Positions 6,549 through 16,133 of a stretch of 20,000 nucleotides of DNA are shown one piece after another. The notes under the pieces are model-generated. The model saw only the letters and a program-made list of their open reading frames with translations, made no database searches and was not told the DNA's origin. How positions within the stretch are numbered: position 1 is the first letter of the stretch; every line of letters begins with the position of its first letter. The stretch is from positions 58,615 through 78,614 of IMG/VR virus record IMGVR_UViG_3300027785_000021. One strand, given 5' to 3'. Made by a program: the position numbers and the translations under genes. The DNA is from an uncultured virus (IMG/VR IMGVR_UViG_3300027785_000021). Taxonomy: Duplodnaviria > Heunggongvirae > Uroviricota > Caudoviricetes.

Positions 6549-6824
6549 ATGAAGTTAGTAGGAAGACGCGTTTTATTAAACGTACCAAAAAGACCAGAGT
6601 CAATTATTGAGTTGACTCCAGAGACAGAGCGTGAGTTAGAAATGAAGATGATAGATAAGTGGATAGCACTTGAAGTCTTTGAAACAGGAGAAGATGTGGA
6701 AACTGTAAAATCAGGTGACAAGGTTTATGTACCTTCTTCTGCTTTACAGAATGCAGAACGTATACCTGTGGATGGTGATACAAAAATGATGATTGCAGAA
6801 TTTGACATTGCAATTGTATGGTAA
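6549..6824 (+). CDS. groES: GroES-like co-chaperonin
   Basis: 91 aa; MKLVGRRVLL (cf. PLxDRVLV), GEDVETVKSGDKV (cf. VKVGDxV), MIAEFDIAIV (cf. ilxExDIlA). Confidence 0.75.
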   Translation: MKLVGRRVLLNVPKRPESIIELTPETERELEMKMIDKWIALEVFETGEDVETVKSGDKVYVPSSALQNAERIPVDGDTKMMIAEFDIAIVW

Positions 6825-6842
6825 ACTTAAAAATCAAATAAG

Positions 6843-7193
6843 ATGAATACAGAAGAAAAAAACCTAGAAACAATTAATGAAAAACCAACATTAGAACAAC
6901 CAACAATTGTTGATGAACAACTAATAGACATGTCAAAAGTTTCCACAGAGAGTCGTGGAGAGAAGTTGGTTGGCATTAATTTTAATCCATCTAGAGATAA
7001 TGATGTTGACACAGTAAAACGCGCGTGTGCGTACTTGATTGATGTAATTGAAAAGCATCGCGAGAATTGCATGCATGATGGAAGCTTGACCACAAACAAA
7101 GAATTTTTGATGAACCATGCTCTTGGTGAGATTATCAATGCGCAGATGAATGTTGTTAAGGTGCTTACTTTTACAGAAGATGGAAGTAAGTAA
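6843..7193 (+). CDS. Helical-hairpin phage protein, possibly Acb2/Tad1-like nucleotide sponge
   Basis: GE..VGINFNPS...VD.VK...A.LID followed by a second helix ending A...I..AQM.VVK. The CDS is clear; the family assignment is tentative. Confidence 0.45.
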   Translation: MNTEEKNLETINEKPTLEQPTIVDEQLIDMSKVSTESRGEKLVGINFNPSRDNDVDTVKRACAYLIDVIEKHRENCMHDGSLTTNKEFLMNHALGEIINAQMNVVKVLTFTEDGSK

Positions 7194-7569
7194 AGTTGAA
7201 AAAAAGTACAGATTGACTCATTATGACCTGGTTAAATATCAGGTCATAACTGAGTTTGTGTTCTTTAAGAAAGAGAATCTTATTGACACTGATCTGGAAC
7301 TACTTACGCTTTTGGCACTTGAAGGACCTATTGATTTAACTAAGTTTTGTAACACTGTGGTTAAGAAAACATATCCTGAAATAAACCCAGAAGAATTTGG
7401 AGTAAGGGCGCAGAACATACGTAATAAGTTAACTAAACTTGAGAAACGTGGTATGATACGCAAATCTGAGGCATATAAAAAGACAATAGAAATTGCTATG
7501 TCAGTTCCTGTTTTAAAGTCTGGTAATGTAATGTTGGACTACAAATTTCTAGCACTTGCGACCAGTTAA
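7180..7569 (+). CDS. Winged helix-turn-helix DNA-binding protein (129 aa)
   Basis: Start MEVSKVEK at 7180; LELLTLLAL...RAQNIRNKLTKLEKRGMIRK resembles MarR-type wHTH recognition helix and wing. Confidence 0.6.
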   Translation: MEVSKVEKKYRLTHYDLVKYQVITEFVFFKKENLIDTDLELLTLLALEGPIDLTKFCNTVVKKTYPEINPEEFGVRAQNIRNKLTKLEKRGMIRKSEAYKKTIEIAMSVPVLKSGNVMLDYKFLALATS

Positions 7570-7984
7570 ACGTAAACAGATTTCTGAAAAAGTTGCAGAA
7601 AAGTTAAATTTATCTGTTGAGACAGTTGATGAAATAATATCATGTTATTATAATTCTATTCAAAGACAACTTAGTAATTTAGCTTATCCACAAATTTCTG
7701 TAGGATTTCTGGGTACTTTTTTTATTAAACGTAACAAGTTAGAAAACAAGTTAATGATATATGAAAAAGCACTTGCAAAATTGGAAGATATTATTGAACC
7801 AAATCTATCACAATTCAAATCAATCAAAGAACTAAAAGAAGACATCTTGAAATTTAAAAGTATGATTGAAATGCTTGATGAAATGGATGATAAAAAGATT
7901 ACAAAGAACAACGAAAAACAAATTTATAAACTTAAAAATTATGAGTCTAATAAACCTGTGGAAACAAAAAGGAAAGATATTTGA
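7556..7984 (+). CDS. HU/IHF-like DNA-binding protein with C-terminal coiled coil
   Basis: KQISEKVAEKLNLSVETVDEII...QISVGFLGTFFIK matches the HU/IHF N-terminal helices and hxhxGFGxF motif; TTG start overlapping the upstream gene. Confidence 0.7.
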   Translation: MRPVKRKQISEKVAEKLNLSVETVDEIISCYYNSIQRQLSNLAYPQISVGFLGTFFIKRNKLENKLMIYEKALAKLEDIIEPNLSQFKSIKELKEDILKFKSMIEMLDEMDDKKITKNNEKQIYKLKNYESNKPVETKRKDI

Positions 7985-8246
7985 AGGCGTGAAAAACAGC
8001 ATCTTCAAGCAAGAGCATATTGAAGAAATTGCTAGATCAAGAATGCTTATATGTGAGGATTGTTTTTTTATTGATAAGGAAGGTTCTAAATGCTACATGC
8101 CTGGCACGCAGCCATGCTGTGGGGATTGTGGTTGCAAATTATCATTTAAAACACGATCTTTATCATCAGAATGTCCAAAAGGAAAATGGGATGCTGTCAC
8201 TTCAGAAGAAGAAGAAGAAGCTATTATTAACAGTATAAAAGATTAA
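7941..8246 (+). CDS. Cys-rich putative metal-binding protein (101 aa)
   Basis: Start MSLINLW at 7941; R..IC..C...C......CC..CGC....K.......CP.GKW. Confidence 0.75.
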   Translation: MSLINLWKQKGKIFEGVKNSIFKQEHIEEIARSRMLICEDCFFIDKEGSKCYMPGTQPCCGDCGCKLSFKTRSLSSECPKGKWDAVTSEEEEEAIINSIKD

Positions 8247-8248
8247 GT

Positions 8249-9094
8249 ATGTTAACATTTGAACCAGAGCATCATAAATATACTTCACTTGATCCTAATG
8301 ATAAAACAAACTGGATAAGTGTCACAACCTTAATAAGTTTTTTCAAGCAACCTTTTGACGCAAAATCAATATCAAAAAAAAGTTCTAAAAGTAGCAAGAA
8401 GTGGCAAGGTATCCCACCAGATAAAATACAAGAAATATGGAAAGCTGAAGCCAAGCGTGCAACAGATTTAGGAACATGGTATCATGATCAACGTGAACAT
8501 GACATAGTATCATGTGATACTATCAATCGCCATAATTCTAATCTTCAAGTTATTAGACCAATGCTAAATGATAAAGGATATAAAATAGCATCTTCGCAAA
8601 AGCTACTTGTTGGTATTTATCCTGAGCATCTTGTGTATGTTAGATCTGTTGGTGTTTGTGGTCAATCAGACTTAGTTGAAATTGCACATGGTAAAATACA
8701 CATCACTGATTACAAGACAAACAAAGAGATTAAGCTAAAATCATTTGTAAATTGGGAAGGAATTTCTCAAAAATTAAATCAACCTCTTTCACATCTAGAT
8801 GATTGTAACTACTTTCACTATGCATTACAACTTTCTGCATATATGTATATGATTCAAAAACATAATCCAAAACTACAACCAGGCAGTTTGATCTTGCATC
8901 ATGTTGTGTTTGAAGTAGAAGGAGAAGATGAATATGGTTATCCAATTGTCAGTCGCACTGCACAAGGAGATCCAATTGTCAAAGAAGTAATACCCTATGA
9001 ACTTCCCTATTTAAAAGAAGAAATTGTTGCATTATTTGAATGGCTGAAAAATAACAAAAATGAGATATTAAATTTCTCAAAAAATAAAAAATAA
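8249..9094 (+). CDS. PD-(D/E)XK (RecB/Cas4-like) nuclease
   Basis: SVTT, GTWYH, PEHLVY, GQSDLV, ITDYKTNK and YALQLSAY motifs. Confidence 0.85.
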   Translation: MLTFEPEHHKYTSLDPNDKTNWISVTTLISFFKQPFDAKSISKKSSKSSKKWQGIPPDKIQEIWKAEAKRATDLGTWYHDQREHDIVSCDTINRHNSNLQVIRPMLNDKGYKIASSQKLLVGIYPEHLVYVRSVGVCGQSDLVEIAHGKIHITDYKTNKEIKLKSFVNWEGISQKLNQPLSHLDDCNYFHYALQLSAYMYMIQKHNPKLQPGSLILHHVVFEVEGEDEYGYPIVSRTAQGDPIVKEVIPYELPYLKEEIVALFEWLKNNKNEILNFSKNKK

Positions 9095-9609
9095 TGATTA
9101 AATTATTTGATATACAAAATAGTGTAATAGTACCAACAGAACACTGTTATTCACTCAAGGCTTTAAAAGACATAATGGATAAGTATCCTGATGATTTTTT
9201 AAAAATCTATCAGTATTTGTTCTACATGACTTGTCCTAATCCTGATGTCAATCCATTTTTTGATGTACGTACACATGAAAAAGAAGAACTTATACTTACA
9301 CAACTTCAAGCAGAATTTTCTACTGAAGATGAGGATATTTTTATTGCTTTGGAATTCTGCAAAAAGTTGTATGAAACACCTTCGTACAGGGCTTACATGG
9401 GTATCAAATCTATGTTGGATCGCCTTGCTACATACATGGAACATACCCCAATACACCATGGTCGTGATGGTAATATCACACCGCTGGTCAATGCAGCTGC
9501 AAAGTTTGAACAGATACGTGGCTCGTATAAAGGAGCATATAAAGACCTCATGGAAGAGCAAAAAAGCACAGTCAGAGGAGGACAAAATCTTGCATACGAT
9601 CAATTCTAA
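9094..9609 (+). CDS. Conserved phage protein, putative terminase small subunit
   Basis: 171 aa, helical, ending in basic/Gly VRGG; shortly upstream of TerL. Function inferred from position. Confidence 0.5.
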   Translation: MIKLFDIQNSVIVPTEHCYSLKALKDIMDKYPDDFLKIYQYLFYMTCPNPDVNPFFDVRTHEKEELILTQLQAEFSTEDEDIFIALEFCKKLYETPSYRAYMGIKSMLDRLATYMEHTPIHHGRDGNITPLVNAAAKFEQIRGSYKGAYKDLMEEQKSTVRGGQNLAYDQF

Positions 9610-9613
9610 AACC

Positions 9614-9808
9614 ATGGAACAATTTATGTTTTTTGTAAAAGTAGAACACATAACAGAAGGACTGTTAATACAAAGAGACTTACCATGTGTGCCCTCAAAA
9701 GGCGACTGGATAGAACTTGGAAAAGAAAATTATGTAGTTAAAAATGTTTCTTGGAACTTTTCTGACAGAAGAACAGTAACTTTATTGGTTGATAGACCAA
9801 AATTTTAA
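9614..9808 (+). CDS. Small beta-rich hypothetical protein (64 aa)
   Basis: MEQFMFFVKV...VPSKGDWIELGKENYVVKNVSW; fills the gap between 9609 and 9810 exactly (C-terminal part of track ORF 9245..9808). Confidence 0.7.
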   Translation: MEQFMFFVKVEHITEGLLIQRDLPCVPSKGDWIELGKENYVVKNVSWNFSDRRTVTLLVDRPKF

Positions 9809-9809
9809 G

Positions 9810-12014
9810 ATGTATAGAGAGATACCCACATACGATTGCAATCTTAAAGAGTGGAGTTACACTTCTTTTGAGACACAAGAAGATCTTGCTGATTATGTTG
9901 AAAGCATATTTAAAGAACCTGGCAAATATGAATTTGATGAATGCTCTGTAAATTTTAATGCAGAAGGTAGAAAGTTTAATAAAGATAGAGTTTATTGTAT
10001 TGCACCAGAACGTTCAAAAGACTTTGTAGAATATTGGAATACAGAAAAGAATAAATGCAGAAATGGAGTAATATATAAACACAATAGTAAGACTTGGTAT
10101 TTACCACGTGATTACTATATGTGGTTAAACTTTTTACCAATCTATAATAAAGAAGTAAATAAGTTTACTTTTGCTGATGTGCGTGATGCACAGTATCACA
10201 TGGCATTATATGAAGAGTTAGCAAAGTTAAAAAATAAACATGCTGCTATTCTTAAGAAACGTCAAATTGCTTCTTCTTATTTTCATTCAGGAAAGATTGC
10301 AAATCTGTTTTATTTTGAAGAGGGTTCTGTATCCAAAATGGCAGGATCATTAAAAGATTACATCAATGAAAAAGGTACATGGCGTTTTCTTGAAGAGTAT
10401 CGTAACTTTTTAAATAAACATACTGCATGGTATCGTCCATGTAATCCAGACAAGGTTCTTAACTGGGAACAGAAAGCTGAAACCACACAGGGAGGTAGAA
10501 AGGTGGATATTGGTTTGAAGTCAGTTATATTTGGATTGGTTCTTGAAAAAGATCCTACAAATGGTGTAGGTGGTCCATGTACTTTATTCTTTCATGAGGA
10601 AGCAGGAATTGCCCCAAAGATGAACATTACTTTAGAGTACCTTTTACCAGCCATGAAATCTGGTATGATGTATACAGGTATGTTTGTAGTGGCAGGTTCT
10701 GTAGGTGATTTAGATCAATGTGAACCTTTAAAAGAATTAATACTTAACCCTGACTCAAAAGATGTTCTTGCAGTAGCAACAGATCTGCTTGATGATAAAG
10801 GCACTAGAGGATTTTGTGGATTGTTTATACCAGAACAATGGTCAATGCTTCCATGTATAGATGAGTATGGAAATTCACAAGTAGAGAAAGCATTAGAGAT
10901 GATTCTGCTTGAGCGTGAAGACTGGAAGAAAAAAGTTAAACCTGAAGATTATAGATTGCGTATTTCTCAGAAACCTATTAACATTAAAGAGGCTTTTGAT
11001 TATAGAAAAGATGCAAGGTTTCCAGAACATCTTGTAGCACAGCAAATTAGACGCATAGAGGAAAAACAATATCCTACAGAATATGTTGATTTGATATGGG
11101 AAGATGATAAGATTATACAACAGTTCACGCGTAAGCTTCCAATCATGGAATTTCCAATCTCTCCAAAAACAGAGAATAAAGAAGGTGCAATAATAATCTA
11201 TGAGAAGCCAATTGAGAATCCTAAGTTTGGAACATACTATGCATCTATTGACCCTGTGTCAGAGGGTAAAACAACTACATCTGAATCTTTATGTTCTATC
11301 TTTGTTTACAAAACTTCACAAGAAGTAAAAGTGCATAAAAAAGATGGAACAGTAGAGATAAGAATGGAACGTGATAAAATTGTAGCTGCATGGTGTGGTA
11401 GGTTTGATGACTTAAAGAAGACACATGAACGTCTTGAGTTAATCATACAGTATTATAATGCGTGGACCATTGTTGAAAATAACGTTCATTTGTTTATACA
11501 ATACATGATTTCAAAACGCAAACAGAAATACCTTGTGCCTAAAAATCAAATCATGTTCTTGAAAGAACTGGGTAGTAATAACAATGTGTTTCAAGAGTAT
11601 GGTTGGAAAAATACAGGTACAATGTTTAAGTCAAATCTTGTATCTTATGCAATACAATTTCTTGAAGAAGAGATTGATACAGAAACAAAACCAGATGGAA
11701 CAATAACAAAGGTTACATATGGTGTAGAAAGGATACCTGATTTAATGTTGTTAAAAGAAATGCAAGCATACAGAGATGGACTTAACGTTGACCGTTTGGT
11801 AGCATTCTGTGCGTTAGTCGCATTTGCACAAGTACAAGAATCAAATAAAGGATTTGGAAAACGCACAGAGCATGAAAACACTGATCATTTGCAAAACCCA
11901 AATAAAAATAGTAACTTATTAGTGAGTCCATTTCGTCATATTGGCAATTCTACAAATACTGCAGAATCAGCACTTATGAGGAAACCTAGGAATCCATTTA
12001 AAAACATGAGATAA
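9810..12014 (+). CDS. terL: Terminase large subunit (crAss-like, 734 aa)
   Basis: Walker A-like ILKKRQIASSY, Walker B LFFHEEAG, coupling motif GSVG, RNase H-like YYASIDPV, IVENN, NVDRL; ATG at 9810. Confidence 0.93.
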   Translation: MYREIPTYDCNLKEWSYTSFETQEDLADYVESIFKEPGKYEFDECSVNFNAEGRKFNKDRVYCIAPERSKDFVEYWNTEKNKCRNGVIYKHNSKTWYLPRDYYMWLNFLPIYNKEVNKFTFADVRDAQYHMALYEELAKLKNKHAAILKKRQIASSYFHSGKIANLFYFEEGSVSKMAGSLKDYINEKGTWRFLEEYRNFLNKHTAWYRPCNPDKVLNWEQKAETTQGGRKVDIGLKSVIFGLVLEKDPTNGVGGPCTLFFHEEAGIAPKMNITLEYLLPAMKSGMMYTGMFVVAGSVGDLDQCEPLKELILNPDSKDVLAVATDLLDDKGTRGFCGLFIPEQWSMLPCIDEYGNSQVEKALEMILLEREDWKKKVKPEDYRLRISQKPINIKEAFDYRKDARFPEHLVAQQIRRIEEKQYPTEYVDLIWEDDKIIQQFTRKLPIMEFPISPKTENKEGAIIIYEKPIENPKFGTYYASIDPVSEGKTTTSESLCSIFVYKTSQEVKVHKKDGTVEIRMERDKIVAAWCGRFDDLKKTHERLELIIQYYNAWTIVENNVHLFIQYMISKRKQKYLVPKNQIMFLKELGSNNNVFQEYGWKNTGTMFKSNLVSYAIQFLEEEIDTETKPDGTITKVTYGVERIPDLMLLKEMQAYRDGLNVDRLVAFCALVAFAQVQESNKGFGKRTEHENTDHLQNPNKNSNLLVSPFRHIGNSTNTAESALMRKPRNPFKNMR

Positions 12015-12015
12015 T

Positions 12016-14763
12016 ATGCAAGTATTTAACGCACTGCAACTTAAGAATGGCGCCAAAGTTGAAAGTAACAGAATGGGTACATTTACTCAACCTGTACAAT
12101 TTTTAAGAACATCAGAAAAAGACGAAGCATGGGGTGCTTGGAATATGGATTGGTTTGAGATGCAAGGTCTAAAGCAAATACGCAGAAATGCTAGACGTTT
12201 GCTAAAGAACTACAAATTGGCCAATGGTATTATTGACAAGACAGACTATATTGTTGAAGAAGATAATGACATGGCAGAACTTATTGATGTTCTGACAAAA
12301 GAAGATGTGTCTGCATTTGAGTTAAAGTTTTTTCCAATTATACCAAACGTTATAAATGTAATGGTTGGTGAGTTTGCAAAGCGCAATGATAAAATCATGT
12401 ACAAATCTGTAGACGATGCATCATACAATGAGATGCTTGAGGAAAAACGTGCAATGCTTGAACAAACTTTATTGTCTGCAGCAGAGGGAAAGATGCAAGC
12501 AAAAGTTCAGGAAATGGGACTTGACATGAACAATGAAGAGCAAGCACAACAAGCTCAGCAAATGATGTCACCAGAAGCTATAAAAACATTACCAGAAATA
12601 GAAGAATTTTTTAAGAAGAACTATAAATCATTAATAGAAGAATGGGCAGGACATCAGCATAATGTTGATACAGAACGCTTTAATCTTAAAGAGCTTGAAA
12701 CTGTTGGATTTAGAGATAGTCTTGTTGCAGATAGAGAATTTTGGCATTTTAATATGCTTGAAGATGACTATGAACTTGAAGTATGGAATCCAGTTATAAC
12801 ATTCTATCATAAATCTCCAGGAGCTAGATACATATCACAATCTAATTTTGCAGGTAAGGTTGATTTAATGACACCAGCAGACGTAATTGATAAATATGGA
12901 TATGCTATGTCAGGAGAACAGTTAAAGAGCCTTGAGGCTATTTATCCTGTAAAATCTGCAGGTTACATTTTACCAGGTGTACAAAATGATGGTTCATTCT
13001 ACGATGCCACGCGCTCACATGAGTGGAATGTTGATGGTCCATCATTGGGAATGCGTCAGTTTACTTCTTATCGCGATACTGTTAATAGTACTGGTGATGA
13101 TATAATTCTTAGAATTCTTGCAGAGTCTGAAGACTTAATGGATTTTGATAATACTGGTCTACTACGTGTTACAACATGTTATTGGAAGTCTCAGAGAATG
13201 GTTGGTCATATGACTAGAATTGATGAAACAGGTATGCTTGTGGATTTAATTATTGATGAGAATTATAAAGTTACTGAGAAGCCAGTTTATGACACAAAGG
13301 TTATTAAGCAAAAGTCACGTGACACACTTGTCTTTGGCGAGCATATAGATTGGATATGGATTAACCAAACATGGGGTGGTGTAAAGATTGGTCCTAATAG
13401 ACCAACGTTCTATGGTAACACAGACAACCTTAACTTTTCTCCTATCTACTTAAACGTAGCACCAGTAAAATTCCAATTCAAAGGAGATTTTACATTGTAT
13501 GGTTGTAAGTTACCAGTAGAAGGTGCTATATTCTCAGATAGAAACACTAAGTCACGTTCTATGGTTGACAAAATGAAACCATATCAAGTTGGATATAATC
13601 TTGTAAATAACCAAATAGCTGATATCTTAATTGATGAATTAGGTACTGTTATTATGTTGGATCAAAACGCATTGCCACGTCACTCTGCTGGTGAAGATTG
13701 GGGACATGGTAATTTTGGTAAAGCGTATGTTGCTATGAAGAACTTTGGTATATTACCTCTTGATACATCAATTACAAATACTGAAAATGCATTGAACTTT
13801 AATCATTATCAAGTACTTAACCTAGAGCAAACAAATAGATTAATGTCAAGGATACAACTTGCTAATCATTTTAAACAACAGTGTTTTGAAACTATTGGTT
13901 TATCACCTCAGCGTATGGGTGCTGTAAATGCACAAGAAACAGCGCAAGGTATAGAACAAGCTATTAATCAAAGTTATTCTCAGACTGAGATGTATTTTGT
14001 ACAACATTCAGAATACTTAATGCCACGTGTACATCAAATGCGTACTGACTTAGCTCAGTATTACCACTCAACCAGACCAAGTCTTAGACTTCAGTATATG
14101 ACAACTATGGATGAGAAAGTAAATTTTGAGATGAATGGTACAGAACTTTTGGCAAGAGAGTTAAATATCTTTATCTCTACCAAAGTCAATCAACGTCAGA
14201 TAATGGAGCAGATACGTCAGTTGGCTATACAGAATAATACATCTGGAGCATCTATTTATGATTTAGGTAATTTGATTAAAGCTGATTCACTTGCAGAAAT
14301 AACACATACTCTTAAAGCGGTTGAAGAGAAAGTTCAAGGTCAACAACAACAACAAATGCAGTCTCAACAACAATCTGAACAAATGCGTCAAGATGGTGAA
14401 AACAAACGTCAAGATGCTGAACTTCAGTACAAAGCAGAACAAGCACAACTTGATAGAGATACAGAAATTCAAGTTGCTGAAATACGTGCAGCAGGATTTA
14501 CTGGTATGAAAGATCAGAATCTTAATCAGCAAACTGACTACATTGATACGCTTGAATATCTTGACAAACGTAGAGAAAGAGATAGAGGTCAAGCAATTGA
14601 TGAAAGTCGTGAGACTAATAGAATGGTTGAAACTCAAATGAATGCTGATATAAAACGTCAAGAGATACAATCACGTAGAGATATTGCAGATAAGCAAGTA
14701 CAAATTGCTCTTGCAAACAAGAATAAGTATGATGTTAAAGATACAAACAAGAAGAAAAAATAG
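12016..14763 (+). CDS. Portal protein (crAss-like, 915 aa)
   Basis: Immediately after TerL; FPIIPNVINVMVGE, SMVDKMKPYQ..YN, GLSPQRMG, and a Q-rich coiled-coil C-terminus typical of P22/crAss-type portals. Confidence 0.88.
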   Translation: MQVFNALQLKNGAKVESNRMGTFTQPVQFLRTSEKDEAWGAWNMDWFEMQGLKQIRRNARRLLKNYKLANGIIDKTDYIVEEDNDMAELIDVLTKEDVSAFELKFFPIIPNVINVMVGEFAKRNDKIMYKSVDDASYNEMLEEKRAMLEQTLLSAAEGKMQAKVQEMGLDMNNEEQAQQAQQMMSPEAIKTLPEIEEFFKKNYKSLIEEWAGHQHNVDTERFNLKELETVGFRDSLVADREFWHFNMLEDDYELEVWNPVITFYHKSPGARYISQSNFAGKVDLMTPADVIDKYGYAMSGEQLKSLEAIYPVKSAGYILPGVQNDGSFYDATRSHEWNVDGPSLGMRQFTSYRDTVNSTGDDIILRILAESEDLMDFDNTGLLRVTTCYWKSQRMVGHMTRIDETGMLVDLIIDENYKVTEKPVYDTKVIKQKSRDTLVFGEHIDWIWINQTWGGVKIGPNRPTFYGNTDNLNFSPIYLNVAPVKFQFKGDFTLYGCKLPVEGAIFSDRNTKSRSMVDKMKPYQVGYNLVNNQIADILIDELGTVIMLDQNALPRHSAGEDWGHGNFGKAYVAMKNFGILPLDTSITNTENALNFNHYQVLNLEQTNRLMSRIQLANHFKQQCFETIGLSPQRMGAVNAQETAQGIEQAINQSYSQTEMYFVQHSEYLMPRVHQMRTDLAQYYHSTRPSLRLQYMTTMDEKVNFEMNGTELLARELNIFISTKVNQRQIMEQIRQLAIQNNTSGASIYDLGNLIKADSLAEITHTLKAVEEKVQGQQQQQMQSQQQSEQMRQDGENKRQDAELQYKAEQAQLDRDTEIQVAEIRAAGFTGMKDQNLNQQTDYIDTLEYLDKRRERDRGQAIDESRETNRMVETQMNADIKRQEIQSRRDIADKQVQIALANKNKYDVKDTNKKKK

Positions 14764-14883
14764 TCTAATAGCTATATAGTGTCAAAAATCTTTACTAAGC
14801 ATCATTGCTAGTTTAAATTTTTGAAGTTTATTTGCTAACTTATTATTGAAGGAAGAAGAAGAAAAAACCAAAAAACAAATTGT

Positions 14884-16104
14884 ATGGAAGAAATAACAAA
14901 AGCAATGACTGATCCACAAGAGGTGAATTCAGTAACACTTGAAAACATTGATGACTTTTTACCTTTACCAGGTGCAGACAGTGTGGTTACAACAGATGAA
15001 GAAGAAACTAAAACAGTTTTTTCAAAAAATGATAAACCAACTGACTTTAGTTTCATTGACAAAGATGATGAAAACACTAAGGTAACTAAAGAAGAAGTTG
15101 ATGAGGCATTGTCAGAACTAGATGGCGCATTTAGCGAGGATGATGATTCAAGCAAAGTAGGTAGAAAGAAGATTGACAAAAGTGGAATGGTTGAAACATT
15201 CTCAAAACTTATTGAAGAAGGCGTCTTAATGGGTTTTGAAGATGACAAGTCCATGGATGAATACTCTATAAAAGATTGGAGAGAATTAATCCAAGCAAAT
15301 ATAGATGAAAAGGAGAGAGCCTTACGTGAGCAAACTCCAAAAGAGTTCTTTGAAGCATTACCTGAAGAGTTGCAATATGCAGCTCAGTATGTAGCAAAAG
15401 GTGGAAAGGATATGAAAGGATTGTTTAGAGCACTGTCACAAGTAGAAGAACAACGTTCATTAGATCCTGGAAATGACGAACATCAAGAAATGATTGTACG
15501 TCAATACTTACACGCTACTAATTTTGGAAGTGGTGATCAAGCATTAATTGAAGATCAGATTGAAGAGTGGGTTAATAGTGGCACAATAGCCAAACGCGCA
15601 AATCAATTTAAACCAAAATTAGATGACATGCAATCAGAAGTGTTACAGTCTAAACTTGCACAACAAGAGCAGTTTAAATTGCAACAACAACAGCAAAAGG
15701 AAATGTATATGGATAACATATATAATACTTTAAAGCCAGGTGATTTGAATGGTGTAAAGGTAGACAACAAGCGTCAAAAGTTCTTATGGGAAGAATTGAC
15801 CACTTTGAAATATGAAAGTCTACAAGGAAAACCAACAAATCTTTTGGGTAGATTACTTGAAGAGTATCAATTTAGCAATAGTCCTAGATATGACCTCATC
15901 GCTGAAACGTTATGGTTATTGTCAGATCCAAATGATTACAAGGAACAGATAAGAAAACAAGGACGTAGTGAAGCAACACAAGAAACTGTAAAAAAATTAA
16001 AAACTGAAGAAGCAAGAAAATTATCTTCAACAGTAACAGAAGAAAAAGAAGTTCAAAGTTCAAGACCTTCATTAAAGAAACCACGCAATATTTTTGCAAG
16101 ATAA
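14884..16104 (+). CDS. Putative capsid scaffolding/assembly protein (406 aa)
   Basis: Very acidic low-complexity N-terminus, coiled coil, basic C-terminus; between portal and MCP as in crAss-like gene order. Confidence 0.7.
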   Translation: MEEITKAMTDPQEVNSVTLENIDDFLPLPGADSVVTTDEEETKTVFSKNDKPTDFSFIDKDDENTKVTKEEVDEALSELDGAFSEDDDSSKVGRKKIDKSGMVETFSKLIEEGVLMGFEDDKSMDEYSIKDWRELIQANIDEKERALREQTPKEFFEALPEELQYAAQYVAKGGKDMKGLFRALSQVEEQRSLDPGNDEHQEMIVRQYLHATNFGSGDQALIEDQIEEWVNSGTIAKRANQFKPKLDDMQSEVLQSKLAQQEQFKLQQQQQKEMYMDNIYNTLKPGDLNGVKVDNKRQKFLWEELTTLKYESLQGKPTNLLGRLLEEYQFSNSPRYDLIAETLWLLSDPNDYKEQIRKQGRSEATQETVKKLKTEEARKLSSTVTEEKEVQSSRPSLKKPRNIFAR

Positions 16105-16133
16105 AAATTTATTAACTCTAAATACAACAAAAA

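Noticed and set aside
14341..14373. CAA repeats in the portal gene
   Set aside because: They encode the ordinary Gln-rich coiled-coil tail of the portal.
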